From an uncultured Nitrososphaeraceae archaeon (GTDB lineage: Archaea > Thermoproteota > Nitrososphaeria > Nitrososphaerales > Nitrososphaeraceae), in assembly GCA_963837175.1 (NCBI GenBank), contig CAWIMJ010000012.1, positions 128,001 to 192,000 on the forward strand: 64,000 bases of DNA, written 5' to 3'. Positions 1-11,550 of the stretch are shown piece by piece. Position 1 is the stretch's first letter. Each line of letters begins with the position of its first letter. Below the pieces are notes generated by a model that did no database searches, was not told where the DNA came from, and saw nothing but the letters and a program-made list of their open reading frames with translations. The position numbers were made by a program, and so were the translations under genes.

Positions 1-402
1 TTAGAAAAAAATGGTGTCCGTTGCAACAGTTATTCTTCATCATTTGAAAGATCGCTATCCCCAGGCTCCTCAATTTTAGTACATTCTGAATCTGATTTCG
101 GTACTTATATCGGCGGAGATTCAATAGGTGAGTTGGATAAAACTGCAGAACGTGTAGGTGAAGAAGCTGCAGACAGGTTCTTAGAAAGTTATCTGGCTAA
201 AGTTCCAGTTGATTTCTTCCTTGCTGATATGCTAGTAATCCCATTAAGCTTAGCAAAAGGGAAATCACGATACAGAATTGGAAAGTTGACGGAACATCTC
301 AAGACGAATTTACAAATTGTAAGTCAAATAGTAGGTTGCAGATATCGAATTGAACCTGTTGAGAAAAGCTATGTAATTGTTATTGAAGGAATTTTATCTT
401 GA
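1..402 (+). CDS. rtcA: RNA 3'-terminal phosphate cyclase, C-terminal part (gene begins before the window)
   Basis: Frame open from base 1: SPGSSILVHSESDFGTYIGGDSIGELDKTAERVGEEAA...VDFFLADMLVIPLSLA...LTEHLKTN, typical RtcA C-terminus. Confidence 0.8.
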   Translation, partial: LEKNGVRCNSYSSSFERSLSPGSSILVHSESDFGTYIGGDSIGELDKTAERVGEEAADRFLESYLAKVPVDFFLADMLVIPLSLAKGKSRYRIGKLTEHLKTNLQIVSQIVGCRYRIEPVEKSYVIVIEGILS

Positions 403-1450
403 GATTAAATACTATTATCGATCGCTAAAGCCAGAAAAGATATGATATATCTTTATCATAACTACAGCACGGCAGAGCGAATGTTCTAAGTATCAAGCGG
501 TATAATTGGAAAATTATTTGGAACTGTTGAAAAACGACAAGAATAATATACAATTTATACTAAATTAATTAATTAATCATCTATTGGATCGACTACCTTA
601 TCACATTGTTTAGTTAAGAAAATAGAGTATTAAAGACAATGTCTGCTGCCAGGAAAGAATTTGGCAAACAATAGGGAAGATATATAGGAATAACGGTCGC
701 AACTAAAAAGATTCTTTGAACCTATTGAAAAAGAGAAACCAAATCAAATACGACTCTGGTAAAAAACCTTCAGCGGTAATAGGAACAACAATAGTAATAC
801 TATGATATAATTAATAGCAAGGGTAATTACTGTATACATTACTGTTAGGATCTCTTGCTTCCAAGAACGCAAGGTAAAAACAACATATATTTGAAGTGGT
901 AAATTCAAAATATTTAAAGGAATATGAGAATCTATCAATGTTAAAAATTTAGTTATGTATGCACATAACTTTGGAATTACATGTTACCGAAAGCTTTCCA
1001 AAGTTGTAATTTTGTAGCGATCCTAACCTTTTCACCTCTTTCCACTTCCAATATCTCAGATCAGCTACACCCTTTAAATTTGTCTTATATGTGGTAACTT
1101 AATATTGATGTTCCATATCTCGGATGCTTTCTCTGATTAATTCAAAAATCAGCCAGTCCTTTGGCACTCTCAATAGCTTTTAGAATGCCTGTCTTTGCTT
1201 CTGATATCGTCTAGTTATAGGTCAATTAGCTTGATTAGAGAACAGGGATTAGCAATGGTACTTTATGTGTTGAATCCATTCCAAATGCCTTAATACTATT
1301 TAAAAAGCTGAATATAAAGCAGCGCAACCAACCAATTGTTTCCAGACCTTAGATTATCAGAACCTGTTGAAATTCTTTAGCATTAAGATTAAAATTTCAT
1401 TTACTCTTTCCATAACAGGCTAAATCTTTTTTAAGCCAAAAATCATATTA

Positions 1451-1753
1451 ATGTTAGTGTCAGAAGATTATGATACAAACTCAATGGATGATGTTCTGCG
1501 TGAACTAGATAGAGGGAAAACTAACATAGTCATTTCTAAAGAAATTAGAAGATACAAGAAATCAACTACTATAGTGCGTGGTTTGCAAGATAGAACAGAT
1601 ATAGAATCAATAACAAGGGAGCTAAAGACTAAGATAGGGACTGGAGGGACATATAAAGACAGCCAAATCGTTTTGCAAGGTGATCATAGAGAGTCAGTCA
1701 AGAGTCTGCTTATATCGAAAGGATTTAATGAGAAGTCAATCGAAATAATGTGA
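1451..1753 (+). CDS. Translation initiation factor SUI1/aIF1 family protein
   Basis: RRYKKSTTIVRGL...ELKTKIGTGGTYKDSQIVLQGDHR SUI1 signature. Confidence 0.9.
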   Translation: MLVSEDYDTNSMDDVLRELDRGKTNIVISKEIRRYKKSTTIVRGLQDRTDIESITRELKTKIGTGGTYKDSQIVLQGDHRESVKSLLISKGFNEKSIEIM

Positions 1754-1908
1754 CAAGTTATACAAAGCGATTTGTTGTTACAGAATTATATAAAAATTAT
1801 AATTTTTATATCTTGTTAGTCACTATAAGAGTTTTATTGTTGTTTAAGCCAGATAGTCGCTCCAATCAATCTTTCAGCAAACAAACCCTATCTTAAATCT
1901 CATCTAAG

Positions 1909-2225
1909 ATGATAATCAAAAAGTCGCGGCTGTTACTGGTAGTTCAAGTAGAATAGAACATGAAACATTAGTTTTATAAATATGAAATGGAGGAATTTTT
2001 AAGAAACACCACAAATATTAAAGAGACGTCCAATAAGGAAATACTGCCGCCATATATATTCCATCCCGATGTTAATGATGGTGTATCAGTAAAAAATGCA
2101 ATTGAGAAGATATTAACAGAAAGCAGAAGAATTGATATGCTAGTTAATAACACTAGTTAGACAATACTTGGCGCCATTGATGTTTTAATGGATGAGATAA
2201 AGACACAATATAAAACAATTTTAAT
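1909..2225 (+). pseudogene. Decayed short-chain dehydrogenase/reductase (SDR)
   Basis: Fragments KVAAVTGSSSRIEHET (eroded TGxxxGIG) and DVNDGVSVKNAIEKILTESRRIDMLVNNTS* with stops and frameshifts; boundaries approximate. Confidence 0.65.
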
Positions 2226-2252
2226 TATCGCCAAATTAAACATAACCACTTT

Positions 2253-3200
2253 TTAATCGTTAATGTTGTAATCTGCAGTAACTTCATTATTAGCTACTTC
2301 TCCATTTCCAACAAGGAAAACGAATACATCATCCAACGTTATGGGAGAAACTGTAAACGGAATATTTTTTTTTATCGCAAATTCCGATAATTCTTTCACT
2401 GCAGAATCAAATGCAAATACTCTTAGCGTATTAGTCCCAGTATCTACTACTGAGCCATATGTTTTAAGCAGATTAGTGTCAACTGTATCCTTTGCAATGT
2501 CCACTCTAATATTTTGTGGAATTATTTTTCTCAATTCATGTATAACACCTTGTGCAATTATGCGGCCCTTGTCTATTATTACTATGTTATCTGAAAGCAT
2601 TTCAGCTTCATCCATATAGTGTGTTGTCAATAAAATTGACTTCCCTTCCTTTTTCCAATCCTTAATTGCCGACCATACCTGGCGTCTTGAAACTGGATCC
2701 AATCCAATAGTGGGCTCATCAAGAAATAATAATTCAGCATTAGTAGCCATAGCCATTGCAACAAGAACTTTTTGCCTCATGCCGCCTGAAAGATTCATTG
2801 CAGGCTTGTTTCTTACTTCATAAAGTTCTAGCTTTTTTAGAATTTTTTCTGTCTGTTCCTTAGATTTACTTTTGTTTTCCCCTCTGATTTGTAACCAATT
2901 ATATACATGATCCCAAGGAGTAAGGGCTCTTAATGGTCGACCCTCTTGGGGGACTACTGAAATAATATTCCTTACTCTATTAGGTTCCTTTATGATATCG
3001 TATCCCAGAATTCTTATGCTACCTGCAGTAGGCATCAACTGTGTCGCGCATATTCGTACAAAAGTGGTCTTGCCTGCACCATTTCTGCCAAGCAGTGTAA
3101 ATATTCGTCCTGGTTCTACATTTAAAGATAAGGTGTTCAGCGCAGCATAACTTGAACCCTTATATATTTTTGATATCCCTTTTGCCTCAATTGCAAGCAT
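2253..3200 (-). CDS. ABC transporter ATP-binding protein (ABC-2/DrrA type)
   Basis: Walker A GRNGAGKT, signature LSGGMRQK, Walker B LLFLDEPT, H-loop TTHYMDEAE. Confidence 0.92.
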   Translation of the reverse strand: MLAIEAKGISKIYKGSSYAALNTLSLNVEPGRIFTLLGRNGAGKTTFVRICATQLMPTAGSIRILGYDIIKEPNRVRNIISVVPQEGRPLRALTPWDHVYNWLQIRGENKSKSKEQTEKILKKLELYEVRNKPAMNLSGGMRQKVLVAMAMATNAELLFLDEPTIGLDPVSRRQVWSAIKDWKKEGKSILLTTHYMDEAEMLSDNIVIIDKGRIIAQGVIHELRKIIPQNIRVDIAKDTVDTNLLKTYGSVVDTGTNTLRVFAFDSAVKELSEFAIKKNIPFTVSPITLDDVFVFLVGNGEVANNEVTADYNIND

Positions 3201-3732
3201 TAAGGAATATATAATATCGGAGGCAATAATAAAATTGTTGATTAAATAAATTCCTCTTCAATATATTTTTATTGTTTTATAATATTTATGAACAATTTAG
3301 TAGCCAAACATGTGAGAATATTCAAATTATGAGTCAATATTTATAAATAAGTACTCTAAGCTCGTATTATCAATATTGTTATTTTAGTTATCTTTTTGTT
3401 ATTTCCATTGAGTAATATGTCTCATATACATATCAATTCTTGGTTAACTTTTACTAACTGATTTAAGAGTATATTGATCTTTTGCTAGTCGCGGGTATTA
3501 TTTTGACTGGATGATTATACAACTATTTTAATTATTTAATTATTTGCATGTGTCAATCAGAACTTGAGTTACTCTGACTCATTGATATGTCTCAGTCCAT
3601 AAGTCAAAGAAAAGCGTGCTATTTTCAAGCGTTCAACTAGAAATTACGATATCACCTCCTTTATAGTAATCATAAATTATTGGAATGCCTTCTTACAGCA
3701 TTGAACCATTTTAAGTTCTCATAGTCTTTTTC

Positions 3733-4451
3733 GGTTCTGTTAACTTAGCGGCGACCCTCTAATACTAGAAACATAATGAATTGCATTCTATCTTTATCCA
3801 TATCGAGATACAGTATGAATAGTTTCAGCCAGTTCCAAAATATCTGTCTATTACAATTCTGTTTCGTAAAGGGAAAATGATAGTCAAATCATTCCGTTCT
3901 ATCTTTTATCTGTTGTACAAATCTTTCCATCAAGTTAAGGCCAGTATCATAGACATGGTGTTTCAACCTGAGCCATTTACAAGCATCATTATACCAGCTG
4001 GCACCATCTGTGTAAAAGGGTTTTCTAGTACCATATCTATTCCTTAACTGTCTGAAGAATTGATAACAAACAAAAATTGTCCTTTCTCTTGATAAATGCA
4101 TCTTAACACATGACTTGAGGTTAGGTTCGTATGCAATCCATAATCAGTAATCCTGTCCATCTATCTTTAAAAGAGTCTCATCAACAAATATCTCATTAAT
4201 CATACTTCTGTGTGTTATGAATCTATCAGCACGATCAGAATATTTTTGAACCCATTTCCATATTGCTACATGGATTCTTCTAATTGTCGTTTCCAAACAT
4301 TTAGCTGCTAGTCTAAAGGATCTGAATCTAAAATATAGGTATAAACCATAACTGATTATGGCTGGATGTGTCCTGTTTGCAGTTCATATTGGGAATAGAA
4401 TTGCTATGATATATCTAGCTATAGGTATTATCCTGAGAAGTTAACAGAGCC
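3733..4451 (-). mobile_element. IS6-family insertion sequence with disrupted DDE transposase
   Basis: TIRs GGTTCTGTTAACTT (3733-3746) and AAGTTAACAGAGCC (4438-4451) match 13/14; 8-bp direct repeat TCTTTTTC on both sides (3725-3732, 4452-4459); minus-strand peptide IWKWVQKY...IFVDETLLKIDG...YTDGASWY...NLMERF with in-frame stops. Confidence 0.85.
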
Positions 4452-4518
4452 TCTTTTTCTAGGCCAATAGGAATAAAGGATTTACTTTTATTTTGCTTCC
4501 TGTAGAACATTAACTAGG

Positions 4519-5670
4519 TTAAAAGTGCTGTGAGTCTTCTCTGATATTTTGGAATTCCTTATCTAATTCCTTCAATAATAACTTTTGTCTGTCGTTTAAT
4601 TTTGTTGGAATTTTCACATTGATTCTAACTAGCTGGTCCCCCTTTCCATAGCTACCATAATGGGGTAGTCCTTTTCCTCGAATGTTCAGAATGGTATTAG
4701 GTTGAGTACCTTGAGGTATTTTTAATTTTTCTTGGCCATCAAGGGTTGGCACTTTCACTTCCGTGCCAAGCGCAAGATCTGTGAATTTCAGATTAAGATT
4801 GTATAGCAAATGACCATCTTCTAATCTTTCAAATAGGGAATGTGGTCTGATATGAACTCGTATTAATAGATCACCAGCAGGACCATTTTCAGATGGCTCC
4901 CCTTCGCCTCGCAGCTGCAATGTCATTTCGTCTTCTACTCCTGCAGGAATTTCTAACTTCAATTTCTTATTCTTTTTAAATTTGCCAGAACCGCTACAGA
5001 CGGCACATGGTTTATCAATAATTTCACCTTGCCCTTGGCAGGTTCGACATGGCTCTAATGATACAAATGTAGAGAATCTATTTTGATTATAGATCCGTCT
5101 CGTTTGACCTTGGCCGTTACAAACAGTACATTTTCTTGGTTTTGTACCAGGAGCAGATCCACTTCCTCCACAGTTGCTACATTTCTCAAGTTTTGGTAAT
5201 TCTATTTCATCCTTTCTTCCTTTGAGAACTTCTTCTAGTGAAAGTTCGACATCATAAATAATATCTCTGCCTTTTCTTCTTCCTCCTCCAAAGCTAAAAC
5301 CAAAGCCGCCGAAAGGATCATTACCCACGTTGCCAACTCCTCCTCCACGACCTCCAAAAATCTGATCAAAGATGTCTCTAAAGCCTCCGAATCCAATGTC
5401 CTTAAAAACTTCGTCAAAATTCGCTTCAGAACCTCTGAATACTTCTTCTGCCCCCACATGACCGTAGGTATCATATCTTTTTCTTTTTTCATCATCAGAC
5501 AACACAGCATATGCTTCAGAAATTTCTTTGAATTTTTCTTCAGCGCCTGATGATTTGTTCCTATCTGGATGATATTGTAGTGCTAGCTTTCTGTACGAAT
5601 TCTTGATCTCTTCTTTACTTGCACTCCGTTGGACGCTGAGGACGTCATAATAGTCCTTTTTACTGCTCAT
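4519..5670 (-). CDS. dnaJ: Chaperone DnaJ
   Basis: J-domain HPD motif, G/F-rich region, four CxxCxGxG zinc-finger repeats. Confidence 0.97.
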   Translation of the reverse strand: MSSKKDYYDVLSVQRSASKEEIKNSYRKLALQYHPDRNKSSGAEEKFKEISEAYAVLSDDEKRKRYDTYGHVGAEEVFRGSEANFDEVFKDIGFGGFRDIFDQIFGGRGGGVGNVGNDPFGGFGFSFGGGRRKGRDIIYDVELSLEEVLKGRKDEIELPKLEKCSNCGGSGSAPGTKPRKCTVCNGQGQTRRIYNQNRFSTFVSLEPCRTCQGQGEIIDKPCAVCSGSGKFKKNKKLKLEIPAGVEDEMTLQLRGEGEPSENGPAGDLLIRVHIRPHSLFERLEDGHLLYNLNLKFTDLALGTEVKVPTLDGQEKLKIPQGTQPNTILNIRGKGLPHYGSYGKGDQLVRINVKIPTKLNDRQKLLLKELDKEFQNIREDSQHF

Positions 5671-5715
5671 ATTTTTAAATCACTAAGATTGTTGGCATAA
5701 TTCGTAAAGACAATA

Positions 5716-7624
5716 TTAGGAAGGAGGAGGTGACGCGCCTGTTGAAGTTCCTCCACTGCCAGCATACTCGCTCGTTGTTGAACCAGCAGTAGGTGTTTCA
5801 CCAGCAGTAGGTGTTTCACCAGCAGTAGGTGTTTCACCAGCACCAGCCGCATTAGCAGAGGCAGCGCTAGCAGTTCTATAAACTTCCGTACTGATCTCGC
5901 CAACAATACTTTTCAGTTCCTGGGTTTTTGTTTTGATATTGTCTATATTGTTGCTTGCAACTGCATCTTTTAATTCTTGAGCTGCCTTGTTAACTCTATC
6001 AGCTTGTTCAGGTTTAATTTTATCCTTCAAATCTTCCTTGACTAGCTTCTCTGCAGCATAGATTAAGTTATCAGCTTCGTTTTTGACTTCAATCTCTTCC
6101 TTCTTCTTTTTGTCAGCTTCAGCGAACTTATCGGATTCTTGCTTTAGCTTTTCGATCTCATCTTTTGATAATTTTGTGTTAGCGGTTATGGTAATTTTTG
6201 CTTCCTTGGTTGTAGCTAAATCTTTCGCCGTAACGTTCAGGATTCCATTTGCATCTATATCAAATGTAACCTCTACCTGCGGTACACCTCTTGGAGCGGG
6301 CGGGATTCCTGATAAGTTGAACATACCTAAGGAAACACAATCAGCTGCCATGGGTCTTTCTCCTTGGACTACATGAATTGTGACTGCAGTCTGATAATCA
6401 GGCAGCAGTAGTGAACACCTTCGATTTTTTTGTAGGAATGGTTGTGTTGCGTTCTATTAATGGTTCTTTTAAGCCACCCAGAACTTCTACACCAAGAGTC
6501 AGAGGTGTGACATCTACCAGTAAGATATCTGTAGAAACATCGCCTGTAATGATAGCTCCCTGAATAGCGGCTCCCATTGCTACAGCTTCCATAGGATCAA
6601 TACCGCGTTCTGGCTCTTTACCAGTGGCTGTTGCGACGAACTGCCTTACTATTGGCATTCTAGTAGGTCCGCCAACCATAATGATTTTGTCTATATCCTG
6701 TGGTGTTATTTTTGCATCAGCAAGCGCCTGCATCATTGGTGCTCTGCACCTTTCGATTATCGGTCTAAGGAGATCCTCTAGTTTTGCTCTTGTTAGAGTT
6801 GTAACAAGGTTCTTTGGTCCTGTTTTAGGATCGTATGCTAAGAAAGGTAAATTGATCTCTGTGCTGACAATATTCGATAATTCTATTTTTGCTTTCTCTG
6901 CCGCCTCTCTTATTCTCATCATGGCGGCCTTATCATTTCTGACATCAAGACCAGATTGTTTTTTAAACTCCTCTACAATGTAATCTATCAAGATATTATC
7001 CATATCCGTTCCGCCAAGTTGAGTATCTCCTGAAGTACTCTTGACCTGAAATACTCCTCCACCCATTTCCATTATTGTAACATCCAGTGTTCCTCCTCCA
7101 AGGTCAAAAACCATTATCTTTAGATCTTTTTGGAGCTTGTCTAGTCCGTATGCGAGCGAAGCAGCGGTAGGCTCATTGATAATCCTCACTACTTGGAGGC
7201 CTGCAATTTCGCCTGCATCCTTAGTAGCCTGCCTTTGATTATCGTTAAAATATGCAGGTACTGTAATCACGGCCTTATCCACAGTATCACCCAGAAACGC
7301 CTCAGAATCTTTCTTAATCTTTTGCAGAATGAATGAAGATATCTGCTGTGGAGTATATTCTTTACCTAAAACATGGAATTTAAAATCAGTACCCATCTTG
7401 CGCTTTGCCGCAGCAACAGTTCCCTCAGGATTGGATATCATTTGACGTCTTGCAGGCTCTCCTACTAATAGTTGACCGTCTTTGGTAAATGCAACCACAG
7501 ATGGAAACGCCTTTCCTCCAACAGAAGTACCCTCAGCTGCCTGTATAATTGTCGGTTTACCTCCTATCATTACTGCCGCAGCAGAATTACTTGTTCCAAG
7601 ATCAATTCCTATAATTTTGCCCAT
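5716..7624 (-). CDS. dnaK: Chaperone DnaK (Hsp70), one gene split by a single extra base near 6401
   Basis: [27 protein letters not shown] motifs; removing one C from GCT GCC T GAT TAT CAG restores [28 protein letters not shown]. Confidence 0.95.
5783..5842. repeat. 18-bp tandem repeat (3.3 copies) encoding AGETPT in the DnaK tail
   Basis: CCAGCAGTAGGTGTTTCA x3 plus CCAGCA. Confidence 0.9.
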
Positions 7625-7625
7625 A

Positions 7626-8255
7626 CTAATTTTCAGCCTCTTTTTCTATTTTTTGTGTATCATTAGCGGTATTTGTAACTATCTTTCTAGAGATTAGAAC
7701 GAGGCTTGGTCTTAAAACTTTATTGTTTAGCATATACCCCTTACGAATTTCTTTCGTAATTATATTCTCTTCTATCTCCTCTTCATGTGAAAAGCCGATT
7801 ACATCGTGGACATTGGGATCAAAAGGTGTTCCAATTGTCTCAATTTCCATAACTCCTTCAGATTTAAGAAGGGAATCAAAGTTTTTTAATATCCCTTCTA
7901 AGCCTTCAATGACAACTGCTTCGGACTTGCTCTGTTTTGCCATTTCTAAAGCTCTTAAATAGTCATCACGTAGACTAAGAAATTTGAGCAGAAGTTCAGC
8001 TTTTCCAGACTCAATTTTAGAGTCTATTTGTTTTTCCATCTGTTTGCGATAATTATCAAATTCAGCCATCATGTACTTTAATTTATTCAAATTGTTATCT
8101 GAAGATTTTCTCGCTGTAAGTAATTCTTCTTTTAGAATAGCCAGATCTTCCTTTAAGTTTGCAATATTGTTATCATCATTGTCCTTCGTCTCCTCGTGGG
8201 ATTTTTGAATTCCAACTTCATTAATTTCATTAGATTCTTCTTCCAAACTAATCAA
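7626..8255 (-). CDS. grpE: Nucleotide exchange factor GrpE
   Basis: [31 protein letters not shown]; directly upstream of dnaK. Confidence 0.95.
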   Translation of the reverse strand: MISLEEESNEINEVGIQKSHEETKDNDDNNIANLKEDLAILKEELLTARKSSDNNLNKLKYMMAEFDNYRKQMEKQIDSKIESGKAELLLKFLSLRDDYLRALEMAKQSKSEAVVIEGLEGILKNFDSLLKSEGVMEIETIGTPFDPNVHDVIGFSHEEEIEENIITKEIRKGYMLNNKVLRPSLVLISRKIVTNTANDTQKIEKEAEN

Positions 8256-8454
8256 CCACTAAAAATCAATGAAAGTTAAATAATTATATATCGTTTATCC
8301 CCTCGGCAAGATACTTGTTGTTATTTCCATAAGGTAATTATGACATACCACATATAAAATGGAAAGGGTACACTCGTAATTATTGCTTATTATTAATTTA
8401 TTTGCACATAACATACATATGACATATATGACATAATTTAAAAACTAATAATAC

Positions 8455-8886
8455 ATGTTTAGTAGTGACGATGAGGAAATTAAAGTCATAAAACAGAGGA
8501 AAATGGCAGAATTACAAAAGGCTCTAATATCAAAGACAACCATGTCTAGCATAAGGGAACCTATTACTCTAACCGATTCAAATTTTAAAAACGAACTATC
8601 CAAATATCCTATACTACTTATTGATTTCTGGGCTCCATGGTGCGGTCCCTGCAAAATGATCGCGCCTATAATAGAACAATTGGCAATAGAATATACTGGG
8701 AAAGTTGTATTTGGAAAAGTGAATATTGATGAAAATCGGATGATTACACAATCTTTCGGTATCCAAAGCATACCAACAATGATGATTTTCAAAAATGGAA
8801 AGGCAGTGGACATTATTGTTGGTGCAATCCCTAAGGCCCAGATTGAAACTAGATTATATAATCAAGGAATTAGTTTAAATAAATAG
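8455..8886 (+). CDS. trxA: Thioredoxin
   Basis: DFWAPWCGPCKM active site, SIPT cis-Pro motif. Confidence 0.93.
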   Translation: MFSSDDEEIKVIKQRKMAELQKALISKTTMSSIREPITLTDSNFKNELSKYPILLIDFWAPWCGPCKMIAPIIEQLAIEYTGKVVFGKVNIDENRMITQSFGIQSIPTMMIFKNGKAVDIIVGAIPKAQIETRLYNQGISLNK

Positions 8887-8925
8887 TATTATATGTATCA
8901 GTAGAAAAAAGAGTTGTGCCTTGAT

Positions 8926-9189
8926 TTAGGAAATGCCTAAGTTTGGGAATGAGGCTCTACTGATGCCTAACTCTTCTTGGATCTTTCTTATTTTAGTTGC
9001 ATATTCTGTCATCTTGGCATTGTCGTCCTGTACCTTTGCGATTCTGTACCCCTTCCAAGCTTTCCTAAGAGCTCCCCAACTTTGGCCTGTTGTGAAGCTA
9101 TTCTCTTGTTGTGTCGATGTTTCTTGATGAAGAGACATTATAGCTGTCATATCTATTGAGATAGATACACGTTCATACTTAGTATCCAT
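8926..9189 (-). CDS. Small conserved hypothetical protein
   Basis: Clean ORF; FTTGQSWGALRKAWKGYRIAK...FPNLG resembles a small thaumarchaeal family (from recollection). Confidence 0.65.
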   Translation of the reverse strand: MDTKYERVSISIDMTAIMSLHQETSTQQENSFTTGQSWGALRKAWKGYRIAKVQDDNAKMTEYATKIRKIQEELGISRASFPNLGIS

Positions 9190-9560
9190 AGTCAGCTTTA
9201 TCGAATCATTACGTCTAGAATTTTATGACAAGCATCTTATGACAAATCTATTACAAAATCATTGTTTTACTAGCTTTTATATGATATACTTATTATTTTG
9301 GTGTATATTTTCAAAGCAATCATATAAATTTTTTGCTCGTGCTTTTAGTTTCAACGCCACCTAGATCTACTAGTTACATAATCAATCCGTTGTTGCAATT
9401 GCACTTTATTGAATCCAGAATCCTAGAATAATTTTTCTTTCCATTGTTTTAGTATATTTTATATTTTATTTCTATTGTTTTAATGATAGTAATGTGGAAT
9501 TATTCAGTTGAATTTATATATTATTGTTACATTTTTATAATTTCATAATTTCTTATATGT

Positions 9561-9592
9561 AAATCAGAGCATTATATATAATGCTCTGATTT
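9561..9592. promoter_or_regulatory. Perfect 32-bp palindrome upstream of the ferredoxin gene
   Basis: AAATCAGAGCATTATATATAATGCTCTGATTT equals its own reverse complement; regulatory role is inferred. Confidence 0.55.
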
Positions 9593-9666
9593 TTAAGTCC
9601 ATATAATAGAATCTTTCGCATATGGTTTATATAATATGGTAACTTGAGAATCTCTCAGATAGAGAT

Positions 9667-10204
9667 ATGCCAATAGATCCAGACTTTCCCAAAAACCATC
9701 AGGTAATTGGTAAGCATGCCGTTTCCGATGGTGAACACTTTCACTTTGTTTGGGGACCAGGAAAACCTCAAGAGGCTGCAGAAAACGAAGAAGTAAAATC
9801 AGCTTATTCGTCACGGGGAGAAGAACAAGTCCCATTAGGAGTGCACGGCACGATGGTCGCAGTTGATTGGGACTCTTGCATAGCAGATGGCGCTTGTATT
9901 GAAGCCTGTCCAGTGCAAGTATTCCAATGGTATAGAACAGAGAATGATGTGCCTGCAGTAGAAGTGGCTAATATTACAAGTGCTGGAACTGGTAGTACAA
10001 CTAAGGAAGAGAGAAAGGACTACACAGACAAGGCCGACCCGATTAGAGAACATGATTGCATTTGGTGCATGGCCTGCGTTTCAGTATGTCCACCCCAAGC
10101 CGTCAAGGTAGATCAGTCTAGCCTAGAATACCATGAGAAAGCCGCGGGAACATTTAATGAGGACGCTATCAAAGGGCAGTGCTCCGCCACCTCATGCACA
10201 CTGA
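9667..10204 (+). CDS. Dicluster ferredoxin (Zn-ferredoxin-like), with a +1 frameshift near 10165
   Basis: CIADGACIEACP and CIWCMACVSVCP motifs; removing the G at 10165 gives FNEDLSKGSAPPPHAH* ending 10204 instead of the unnatural tail to 10266. Confidence 0.88.
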
Positions 10205-10401
10205 AAAATAATTACATTCCCCTATTTTCTTTTTATTTTCAACTTTTCGAAGTATGCATTCAATAACAACTAATGTAGTTACAACAAGGGATCTAAAAAT
10301 TAATTCTGAGCAAGATTTCTATTTACTTACAGGATATTAATATTAGCAAGAAATATTTGAGATATATATAATTCCTTCATAATTAAACCAAAGATCTTCA
10401 G

Positions 10402-11061
10402 TTGGTAACGGATATTAACGTGCAATATGAAACATTAAATCCAGCTATAAGTCTCTCAGCAGTATTGGTAATCGTATCAGATTCCTATATGGGTATGTTC
10501 TTGCCTGTTGATATTTCTTATAGAATAACACAATTTATGGCAGGGAAAATGGAGTTTCCTTTTATAAATAAGGATGAATTGACAGCAACTTTCTACATCT
10601 TTGGAAAAGACTATGGAGTAAAAGGACAGACAGAAATACTGACTGCAATTGATCTCGCTAAAAGGGTAATTCAGCAATTGGCTAAAGATATAAGAATTTT
10701 TTATAATATGCCAAATAAAATGGAATCAAATTTTACTCGTGAGAATTATGTAAGAAGAAGCCTACAAATTTCTATAGAATTGCAGAAAGATAGCACGTAT
10801 GTTTTGTCTGAAATGAACAAACGAATTGCAGGTGATCCCAGTATTCTGTCAAGTTGCTTTGCACAGCACATAGCATATTATAAGCAAGATTATTTTTTTG
10901 AACTTTTTCAGCCATTTGTGGAAAATCAGCTTCCTTCATCAGTAAAAAGAAAACTCGAAGGGAGAATGTTATTAATAGGCTTCAATACAAAAGATTCAAA
11001 ATCAGTACCGTTTGAAAATACGCTCGTTCCTTTTATACAATGGATAGCTAATAATAGATAA
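10402..11061 (+). CDS. Hypothetical protein
   Basis: 219-aa ORF with normal composition; no motif recognised. Confidence 0.7.
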   Translation: MVTDINVQYETLNPAISLSAVLVIVSDSYMGMFLPVDISYRITQFMAGKMEFPFINKDELTATFYIFGKDYGVKGQTEILTAIDLAKRVIQQLAKDIRIFYNMPNKMESNFTRENYVRRSLQISIELQKDSTYVLSEMNKRIAGDPSILSSCFAQHIAYYKQDYFFELFQPFVENQLPSSVKRKLEGRMLLIGFNTKDSKSVPFENTLVPFIQWIANNR

Positions 11062-11550
11062 TCATTTACATAGTAGCATTGAGTGTATTTTTAGAGGAGA
11101 AAAATTTAAACAACCCTAAACAATAAATAGATATCCAACTTTCAAATGGTATTAATGATTGTTGTAATTGTTAACTTATTATACTAATTCAATTTTTATA
11201 TATTATATAATTCAAAATTAGGATAAAATAATAATGACGTACCTTGCACCACATCTGAGATTATCAAAATCGCTCCGCTTGTAGTTTGATTTTTAGAAGA
11301 ATATGCTATGTCATATAGAGAAAAAATTACATTTTTTATAGAAAGTAGCAAAAGTCATCATATTGTCTATCGATGTTGATACTTCAGTCAGTATAAATTA
11401 TCTGATGATAGAAACTAAAGTTGTTCAAAAATTTTTTTATGGAAATGAAATAAGAATTGTGCACAGTGAAGAACTAGACTAATCAAGAAGAATATTGTCA
11501 AACTAGGTAAAGATAGATTAAATTAATAACAACCATTAGTAATATTTCAA

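Noticed and set aside
6398-6400. Selenocysteine or stop readthrough at the TGA in dnaK
   Set aside because: The downstream DnaK sequence is in a different frame; one extra base explains the stop.
10205-10266. Extended Cys-containing ferredoxin C-terminus in the ORF track
   Set aside because: Product of the +1 frameshift; the natural end is at 10204, followed by a T-rich terminator-like tract.
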